Shown here: piece by piece, positions 38,209-46,055 of the stretch
How positions within the stretch are numbered: the stretch's first letter is position 1
How the letters are laid out: the number at the start of each line of letters is the position of its first letter
DNA from: Planctomycetota bacterium
Lineage (GTDB): Bacteria; Planctomycetota; PLA2; JAEUHO01
Length of the DNA: 46,055 nt
Assembly (NCBI GenBank): GCA_030066775.1
Contig: JASJAY010000071.1
Location: 1-46,055, forward strand
Reading direction: 5' to 3'
Notes under the pieces: generated by a model
Seen by the model: only the letters and a program-made list of their open reading frames with translations
What the model was told of the DNA's origin: nothing
Database searches by the model: none
Made by a program: the position numbers and the translations under genes

Positions 38209-38772
38209 CTAGACGGCCTGGACCTTCACGGTCTCGTCGCCCATGACTTCCACTACCTGGACCAAGGCGCCGGTCTGGATGTCGTCACCGTCGGTGACGG
38301 CCGCGAGCTCGACGCTCCGTCCTTGGATTTCGATCGTGATCTTGCCGCGTCCCTCGCCGCCGGCCGGAATGCGCAGGTACACCGAGCCCTTGCGGCCCAA
38401 TGCGTTCGTGATCTTGAGCGTCCCGCTGTGCCCGAGGCTGTGCAGCGCGCGCATCATGTAGCCGACGACGACCATCGCGGCGAACCCGGCCAGCGTGGAG
38501 TAGAGGGCACGCATGCCCGTGCTCATGTCGCTCTCGGCCAGCATCAGGCCGGTCAAGCCGAAGATGCCGACGAACGCCACCAGCGCCTTGAACGACAGGA
38601 AGCCGAAGAAGAGGTTGCCGTGGCCCGACACGTCGCCGTCGACGGCGGCGTCGACATCGACGTCCATCTCGGCGTCCGCGTCGCCCTCCAGACCCATGAT
38701 CTGGAGCACGACCTGCACCACGAGAATCGTGCAGCCGATGACGGCCATCCAGGTGTAGATGGACTCTTCCAT
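38209..38772 (-). CDS. NfeD-family membrane protein (YuaF/YqiJ-like flotillin partner)
   Basis: The start was chosen at MEESIYTWMAVIGCTILVVQVVL. It has 3 TM helices and a C-terminal β-barrel (OB-like) soluble domain (GKITIEIQGRSVELAAVTDGDDIQTGALVQVVEV). It is the 3' end of a spurious 922-aa track ORF. Confidence 0.75.
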   Translation of the reverse strand: MEESIYTWMAVIGCTILVVQVVLQIMGLEGDADAEMDVDVDAAVDGDVSGHGNLFFGFLSFKALVAFVGIFGLTGLMLAESDMSTGMRALYSTLAGFAAMVVVGYMMRALHSLGHSGTLKITNALGRKGSVYLRIPAGGEGRGKITIEIQGRSVELAAVTDGDDIQTGALVQVVEVMGDETVKVQAV

Positions 38773-38918
38773 CCGGATCGTCCTCCGTTGGGGGTTCCCG
38801 TTCTGCGCCTTCACTCCGCAAGCGGCAGGCCGAGATGCGGCGAATCCCCGAAACCGCCGCGGGGGCCGATTCTGCCCGACCGCTTGCCGCGCCCGCAAGG
38901 GGCCCCCCGTCTCGCTCC

Positions 38919-38963
38919 GAACGATTCGTTCAGCGGCCCGGCGCGCCGGATCCAACGATTCGT

Positions 38964-38967
<4 letters not shown>
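38919..38967. promoter_or_regulatory. Two copies of a palindromic 14-mer AACGATTCGTTCAG (half-sites GAACGA-T-TCGTTC), 34 bp apart, upstream of the NfeD/flotillin genes; the second copy contains the MutS-like gene's TGA stop
   Basis: Read directly: GAACGATTCGTTCAG at 38919-38933 and CAACGATTCGTTCAG at 38953-38967. Confidence 0.45.
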
Positions 38968-40820
<1,853 letters not shown>

Positions 40821-40864
40821 GATACGCCGCCCCGAGGCACGTAGGATGCAGGTACGGAGGGCCG

Positions 40865-41167
40865 ATGGCCGAGCGTCTGATCCTGGAAGCCATCACACCC
40901 GAGCCCGGCAGCTTCGACGTGCGGATGATGGCGGCCGGCAAGCCGGGGCTGCCGGGGCGCTTCACGTGGCGGGGCACGACCTACACCGTCGAGACGGTGC
41001 TCGATACGTGGAAGGAGACGGGCGAGGACCGCGGCGACGTCTACGTCCGGCGCCACGGGTTCGAGATCCGCACCACGTGCGGGGTCCGCATGAAGCTCGT
41101 GGGCGAGCGCCGACCCCGCGGCCGCGCACCGCGCTGGACCCTGCGCGCCATCGACGAGACGGCCTGA
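40865..41167 (+). CDS. Small hypothetical protein (100 aa)
   Basis: MAERLILEAITPEPGSFDVRMMAAG...TWRGTTYTVETVLDTWKE.... Composition is protein-like. It is divergent from the MutS-like gene across a gap of only 44 nt. No family could be assigned. Confidence 0.4.
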   Translation: MAERLILEAITPEPGSFDVRMMAAGKPGLPGRFTWRGTTYTVETVLDTWKETGEDRGDVYVRRHGFEIRTTCGVRMKLVGERRPRGRAPRWTLRAIDETA

Positions 41168-41324
41168 GCGGATCGGCCCGGAATTGCGACGACCGGCACA
41201 CGCGGACGCATGCCGGTCGAAGAGCCCCCTCTTTCCGTAGCCCAACGGGGACTGCCTGGATCGTACAGGCGGATGGGCACCGGGGACAGCGTGAGGGCGT
41301 CGGCCGCCCCTCCAGCGGTCGAAT

Positions 41325-43955
41325 TCAGGCAGTGCCGCCCGATCGCGTGGAGCGCAGCACCTGCCCCACCACGAGCGGGATCAGGCTCGCGAGGAGGATG
41401 ACGACCCACGCATCGCCGCTCGGGAAGGTGAGACTCAAGAGCGCGGCGAAGCCCGGCACGAGCAGGACGACGAGCAGCAGCCCGAGGCAGAGCACGATCG
41501 CGCCCCAGACCCAGGGATTGCGGGTGACCTCGTTCTTCAGCACGTTCGTGCGGTGCGTGCGCACGTTGAACACGTGCCACAGCTGCGCGAGGGCGAGCAC
41601 GAGGAACGAGACCGTCACGAGCGCGTCCCCCGAGAGGCCGAGCCGGCGGGCCGCCACCTGTTGTGCACCGAGCACGCAGACCGCCATCAGGAGTCCGTAG
41701 CCGAGGATCGCCTGCCAGTGTGCGCGCGGCAGGATCGACTCGTTCGTCGCCCGCGGCGGCCGATGCATGGCGCGCGGGTCGCCCTTGCCGAAGGCCAACG
41801 CCAGCGCGGGGAAGACGTCGGTCACCAGGTTCAGGAAGAGGATCTGCAGCGGCAGCAGCGGCATGGGCGCTTGCACCAGCATCGCGCCGCTCACGATGAT
41901 CACCTCGCTCACGTTGCACGAGAGCAGGTAGAAGACGAACTTGCGGATGTTGTCGAAGATGACGCGGCCTTCGCGCACCGCCGCGACGATGGACGCAAAC
42001 GCGTCGTCCTTGAGCACCATGTCGGAGGCTTCGCGCGCGACCTGGGTGCCGCGCCGGCCCATCGCCACGCCGATGTCGGCCTTCTTGAGCGCGGGTGCGT
42101 CGTTGACGCCGTCCCCGGTCATGGCCACCACCTCACCCGCCTGCTGGTGCAGCGCGACGAGATCGAGCTTCTGCTCCGGGCTCACGCGCGCGAAGACGGA
42201 GACGTCGCGCAGACTGTCCCGATCGGCCGGTGCCACCTCCTCGACAGCGCGTCCCTCGAGCACGTTCGGGTCCGACTCCTCCGTGAGTCCGACCGTGCCC
42301 GCGATCTGCGCGGCCGTGGCGGCCTGGTCGCCCGTCACCATGACGACGCGCACGCCGGCCGTTCGGCATTGGCTGAGCGCGTCCTTGACGTCGCTGCGCG
42401 GCGGATCGAGCAGCCCCAGGAGCCCGATGAACGTGAGGCCCGCGTAGAGATCGTCGGCGTGCGCGGCGCGCTTGTGCGCGAGGCCCAGGACGCGCAGCCC
42501 GGAACGCGCCATGTCGGCGTTGCGCCGGAGCCACGTCGCACGCGCGGCGTCGCCGAGCGGCTCGGGGCCGTCCTCGCCGATCACGTGCGTGCAGGTGGCG
42601 AGCAGCGCTTCGGCGGCGCCCTTCGCCGCCACGCGGATCCCGCCATCGCGCTCGTGCGCGGTGGCCATCATCCGCTTCACCGGATCGAAGGCCTCCTCGG
42701 CCACGCGGGGCGCGGCCGCGCGCAGCGCTTCGACGTCGATGCCCGCCCCGGCCGCCGCTTCGAGCAGCGCGACCTCCAGCGGGTCGCCGGTCGCGGCCAC
42801 ATCCTGCGCCGCGTCACCCAGCGACGCGTTGTTGCACAGGACCCCGAGCCCCAACGCATCCACGAGCTCGGCGTCGGCGGCCCGCTGCTCGGCGGTCCGT
42901 TCCCGCAGGTCGAGAACGCCGCTCTCGAGCTGGATGCGCTCGAGCGAGAGCCGGTTCTCGGTGAGCGTGCCGGTCTTGTCCGTCATGATCACCGTCGTGG
43001 CGCCGAGCACCTCGACGGCCGAGAGGCGGTTGATCAGGACGTTGCGACGCGCCATGCGCCACATGCCGCGCGCGAGGGCCATCGTCGCGACGACGGGCAG
43101 TCCCTCCGGGATCGCCGCGACGGCCAGGGCGATGCCGAGCTTCACCATCATCCAGGTCGACTCGCCCGAGAGCAGCCCCAGACCGATGGTGAAGACGGCG
43201 ACGCAGAGCGTCAGGTAGACGAGGCGTCGCCCGAGCGCATCCAGACGCTTCTCGAGCGGCGTGACCTCCTCGTGCGCCTCCTCGACGAGCTTGGCGATGC
43301 GGCCCAGCTCCGTCTGCATCCCCGTGCCCACGACCACACCGGTCGCGGCGCCGCGCGTGACCGCCGAGCCCTTGAACAACATGTCGACGCGCTCGTGGAT
43401 GGCCGCGTCGGCGTCGACCGGTGCCTCCTGCTTGCCGACGGGCACGGACTCGCCCGTGAGCGTGGACTCGTCGGCTTCGATCTGGGCGGCGTCGATCAGG
43501 CGCAGGTCGGCGGTGACGACGTCACCGGCCTCGATCAGCACGATGTCGCCGGGCACCAGCTCGTCGGCCGGGACCTCACGTACGAGCCCCTCCCGGAGGA
43601 CGCGCGTCGTCTGCCGGCCCAGCTTGCGCAGCGCCTCCATCGAGCGGACAGCACGCAGCTCCGACACGAAGCCCAGCACCGTGTTCACGACCAGCACCGA
43701 GAGGATCGCCAGCCCCTCGACCCACTCGCCGAACGCGAACGAGAGCACCGCAGCCCCCGTGAGCAGCAGCACGATCAGGCTCTTGACCTGGTTGAGCAGG
43801 ATCTCGAGCGCACCGAGGGGCTTCGTGGCGCGCAGCGCATTCGGCCCGTAGCGGGCACGCCGCGCCCGAACCTCCTCGTCCGTCAGACCGGCCGCCGGGT
43901 CGACGTCCAGTGCCCGGCAGGCGGCATCGCTCGTTTCGGCCCAGGCCCGATCCAT
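41325..43955 (-). CDS. Cation-transporting P-type ATPase (P2-type, Ca2+/PacL-like)
   Basis: The phosphorylation motif is IMTDKTGTLTEN. It also has the TGE-type actuator region, MVTGDQAATAAQIA and TGDGVNDAPALKKADIGVAMG. The product is 876 aa with about 10 TM helices. Confidence 0.9.
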   Translation of the reverse strand: MDRAWAETSDAACRALDVDPAAGLTDEEVRARRARYGPNALRATKPLGALEILLNQVKSLIVLLLTGAAVLSFAFGEWVEGLAILSVLVVNTVLGFVSELRAVRSMEALRKLGRQTTRVLREGLVREVPADELVPGDIVLIEAGDVVTADLRLIDAAQIEADESTLTGESVPVGKQEAPVDADAAIHERVDMLFKGSAVTRGAATGVVVGTGMQTELGRIAKLVEEAHEEVTPLEKRLDALGRRLVYLTLCVAVFTIGLGLLSGESTWMMVKLGIALAVAAIPEGLPVVATMALARGMWRMARRNVLINRLSAVEVLGATTVIMTDKTGTLTENRLSLERIQLESGVLDLRERTAEQRAADAELVDALGLGVLCNNASLGDAAQDVAATGDPLEVALLEAAAGAGIDVEALRAAAPRVAEEAFDPVKRMMATAHERDGGIRVAAKGAAEALLATCTHVIGEDGPEPLGDAARATWLRRNADMARSGLRVLGLAHKRAAHADDLYAGLTFIGLLGLLDPPRSDVKDALSQCRTAGVRVVMVTGDQAATAAQIAGTVGLTEESDPNVLEGRAVEEVAPADRDSLRDVSVFARVSPEQKLDLVALHQQAGEVVAMTGDGVNDAPALKKADIGVAMGRRGTQVAREASDMVLKDDAFASIVAAVREGRVIFDNIRKFVFYLLSCNVSEVIIVSGAMLVQAPMPLLPLQILFLNLVTDVFPALALAFGKGDPRAMHRPPRATNESILPRAHWQAILGYGLLMAVCVLGAQQVAARRLGLSGDALVTVSFLVLALAQLWHVFNVRTHRTNVLKNEVTRNPWVWGAIVLCLGLLLVVLLVPGFAALLSLTFPSGDAWVVILLASLIPLVVGQVLRSTRSGGTA

Positions 43956-44023
43956 GTCGTGGACGATACCGAGCCACGACGCCGTGCCCTACCCTGCGTG
44001 CGGTCCCATTCGGGAGGTGCTCC

Positions 44024-44335
44024 ATGTCCGCGACCTTCGAGCGCGTGTACGCCGTCGTGCGTCAGATTCCGCATGGCCGCGTCGCCACGTACGGTCGCGT
44101 CGCCGAGCTGGCGGACGTCGCCACGCCCCGGGTGGTGGGCTTCGCCCTCTCCGCCCTGGAGGACGACACGGACGTGCCCTGGCACCGGGTGCTCAACGCG
44201 AAGGGCACGATCAGCCTCGGCCGCCGGGACGGCGCCGCGACCACCCAACGCGAGCGCCTGGAGGCCGAAGGCGTCGTCTTCGATGCAAACAGTCGCATCG
44301 ATCTCAGCGCTCACGCGTGGTCGGGCCCGGCGTGA
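44024..44335 (+). CDS. Alkyltransferase-like (ATL) protein: MGMT DNA-binding domain with Trp in place of the acceptor Cys
   Basis: The start was chosen at MSATFERVYAVVRQIPHGRVATYGRVAEL (GGGAGG 6 nt upstream). The motif VPWHRVLNAKG corresponds to the PCHRV active site of O6-alkylguanine-DNA alkyltransferases with Cys replaced by Trp. This matches E. coli Atl/YbaZ-type ATLs. Confidence 0.8.
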   Translation: MSATFERVYAVVRQIPHGRVATYGRVAELADVATPRVVGFALSALEDDTDVPWHRVLNAKGTISLGRRDGAATTQRERLEAEGVVFDANSRIDLSAHAWSGPA

Positions 44336-44366
44336 AGCCCGCGCATCCCGGGCCTATGCTGGCCCC

Positions 44367-45383
44367 ATGACGATGCATGGTGGTGCGCCGTTCCTTCGAA
44401 CGGGTGTCTTCTCCCTCCTCCTCGTCGTGCTGGTCGCGACGTCCTGCAGCGATGCACCGGGCGACAGCGGGGGCGCCCTCAGCGACAAGGACGCACTGAA
44501 GCTCGGCAGCGGACTCGCGTCGACCGTCGCGCAGAGCCTGTACGGATCGCGCGAGATGCTCGTGAAGGGCGTGTACGCCGCCACCGTGCAGGGACGCCGC
44601 CTCGGCGGCCCCCAGGTCGTGAACACGGGCACGCTCACCCAGAACGCCTTCGGTGGGTTCCAGTACAGCGCCGAGCCGAAGGACCGGCTCGTCATCAGAG
44701 CAGGGCAGGCCGTCCACGAGTTCGTGGTCGGGTCCGTCGAAGGGAACATGCAGGCGCTCACGCCCGAAGCCTTCCTCGGCTCCAACCACCGCATGACCTT
44801 CACCTACCGCATACCGGAGGTCTGCGAGCTGAAGCTGAAGGCGAACCGCCTCGGCATGGGCTGGGCCGCCCACGCCGATGGCTGGTACGTGCACGAGACG
44901 AAGCGCTACGAGATCGCACTGAAGGCGGAGGGTGGCGACTATTTCGAGCAGAGCGGGCGCAGCGGCCAGGAGTCCAAGACGGACTACAAGGTGAAGGGGA
45001 CGATCAAGGGCAAGGGCGTGACCCTGACCGTCGACGAGCGGCACTTCTTCCACCTCGTCTCGCTGCACCACGTCGTGACGCACTCGATCGACGAGTGTCG
45101 GAACACGCTCGTCGCGGGCGACACGACCTACAAGTGGGTCGATGCCTCCGTGACCAAGATCTTCCACACGAAGCAGGGCGGGCGGATGCTGCCGCCCTTC
45201 GACGCCGGCGAGAAGTGGAAGGCCACGGGCAAGGTGCTGCGCAACGGCAAGCCGTTCGGGACCTACAAGCTGGGCGTCGGCAGCAAGAGCGTGGACGCCA
45301 ACCGCAAGTACCACGGCACGATCGACATCGAGATCAAGACGCCGAAGGAGACGGTCACGCTGCAGTCCTTCCGGGGCAGCTGA
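44367..45383 (+). CDS. Hypothetical lipoprotein (338 aa)
   Basis: Starts MTMHGGAPFLRTGVFSLLLVVLVATSCSD, with lipobox LVATSC. The product is β-rich and Lys/Gly-rich, with no family assigned. It forms the 3' end of a spurious 1276-aa track ORF. Confidence 0.6.
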   Translation: MTMHGGAPFLRTGVFSLLLVVLVATSCSDAPGDSGGALSDKDALKLGSGLASTVAQSLYGSREMLVKGVYAATVQGRRLGGPQVVNTGTLTQNAFGGFQYSAEPKDRLVIRAGQAVHEFVVGSVEGNMQALTPEAFLGSNHRMTFTYRIPEVCELKLKANRLGMGWAAHADGWYVHETKRYEIALKAEGGDYFEQSGRSGQESKTDYKVKGTIKGKGVTLTVDERHFFHLVSLHHVVTHSIDECRNTLVAGDTTYKWVDASVTKIFHTKQGGRMLPPFDAGEKWKATGKVLRNGKPFGTYKLGVGSKSVDANRKYHGTIDIEIKTPKETVTLQSFRGS

Positions 45384-45401
45384 GCGTCCGCGCCGACGAG
45401 A

Positions 45402-46055
45402 TCAGTAGACGGGCTTCTTCGCCACGATCTTGCCGTCGGGCGCAATCTTGATGATGCGCCACGCCGTCGTCCCGCCGAACGCCGTGCCGTCGGCGGCGAC
45501 GCTGAAGTCCTTGAAGTACTCGGGGAAGCCATCGATCTTGTCGAGGCGGAAGGGCGTGTTCTTGCGCCCGTCGAGCACCGTCCGTGTGCCGTCGCGCAAG
45601 CCGCCCGTCAGGAGCACCTTGCCGTCGAGCGATCCCTCGGACGCGTAGTTGTAGCTGTTGCCGAGCTCGAAGTACGTGACGGTGCCGTCCATCGTGATGT
45701 GGGCGCACTGGTTGTCGTAGGCGATGACGTGGATCGCCTCCCCACTCCACACGATCCGGTTGCCGCCGCCCTTCGGGCCGTACCAGAGCTTCTTGTCGAA
45801 CAGGATCTTGGCCGTGGCGACCTCGTAGATGACGAGCTGGGCCGTATACCCGTCGTTCTTCTGCTGGAACTCGCGGCGAGCGACCTTGTCGAGATCCTTG
45901 GGGATCTCCTTGTAGGGCACCGCCTTCTCGTTCTCGTCCTTCTTGCGGTAGTAGAGCAAGGCCACGCGCTTGCCGTCGGGCGTGATGCCGAAGCCCGCGA
46001 TCGACTGGCGCTCGTTGTAAGGCAGCGTCGCGACCTCCTCGCCCGTCGTCATCTT
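45402..46055 (-). CDS. β-propeller (WD40/TolB-like repeat) protein, C-terminal part; the ORF continues beyond the right edge of the window
   Basis: It has a repeating pattern of aromatic/Gly β-strands (...IAGFGITPDGKRVALLYY..., ...IAPDGKIVAKKP...). The reading frame stays open through position 46055. Confidence 0.55.
   Translation of the reverse strand, partial: KMTTGEEVATLPYNERQSIAGFGITPDGKRVALLYYRKKDENEKAVPYKEIPKDLDKVARREFQQKNDGYTAQLVIYEVATAKILFDKKLWYGPKGGGNRIVWSGEAIHVIAYDNQCAHITMDGTVTYFELGNSYNYASEGSLDGKVLLTGGLRDGTRTVLDGRKNTPFRLDKIDGFPEYFKDFSVAADGTAFGGTTAWRIIKIAPDGKIVAKKPVY

Noticed and set aside
41553-45383. 1276-aa plus-strand ORF
   Set aside because: It is mostly antisense to the P-type ATPase. 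Only the C-terminal 338 codons (lipoprotein, 44367..45383) are plausible. The ATL gene 44024..44335 is in a different frame.

Overview
This is a 46 kb window of high-GC (~70%) bacterial chromosome, densely packed with about 45 protein-coding genes, several with overlapping stop and start codons. No rRNA, tRNA, CRISPR array, insertion sequence or prophage signatures were found. The many predicted lipoproteins and secreted proteins, the carboxypeptidase-regulatory-like domains, the flotillin/NfeD pair and the Bacillus-type (type B) sdhCAB operon suggest a Myxococcota-like or related deltaproteobacterial host. This host assignment is inference, not proven.

Confident calls:
- sdhC-sdhA-sdhB succinate dehydrogenase operon (minus strand)
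- htpG (Hsp90 chaperone)
- an FeS-BCP/PhrB-type (6-4) photolyase that heads a plus-strand operon with an SDR oxidoreductase, a DUF1772-like membrane protein and an M50 (S2P-like) protease with a TPR tail
- a GAF-GGDEF diguanylate cyclase
- an ABC ATPase with a large 'ABC-exporter' permease
- a cation-transporting P-type ATPase
- S8 subtilase, M20 peptidase, secreted esterase
- a flotillin-NfeD pair preceded by a membrane-anchored ATPase carrying only MutS domain V
- an alkyltransferase-like (ATL) protein with a PWHRV motif
- a PA0069-type radical SAM protein, a STAS anti-sigma antagonist, and an HxlR-type regulator

Many of the long ORFs in the supplied track are antisense or alternate-frame artefacts of the high GC content; those are listed under noticed_but_rejected.

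The most interesting candidates:
- the photolyase-SDR-DUF1772-S2P/TPR operon
- the MutS-domain-V ATPase / NfeD / flotillin unit with a duplicated palindromic motif
- two paralogous 'α/β N-domain + HEAT-repeat' proteins, each paired with a secreted partner
- a GH114-like lipoprotein gene with a G8 homopolymer
- two GC hairpins that embed the stop codons of convergent genes
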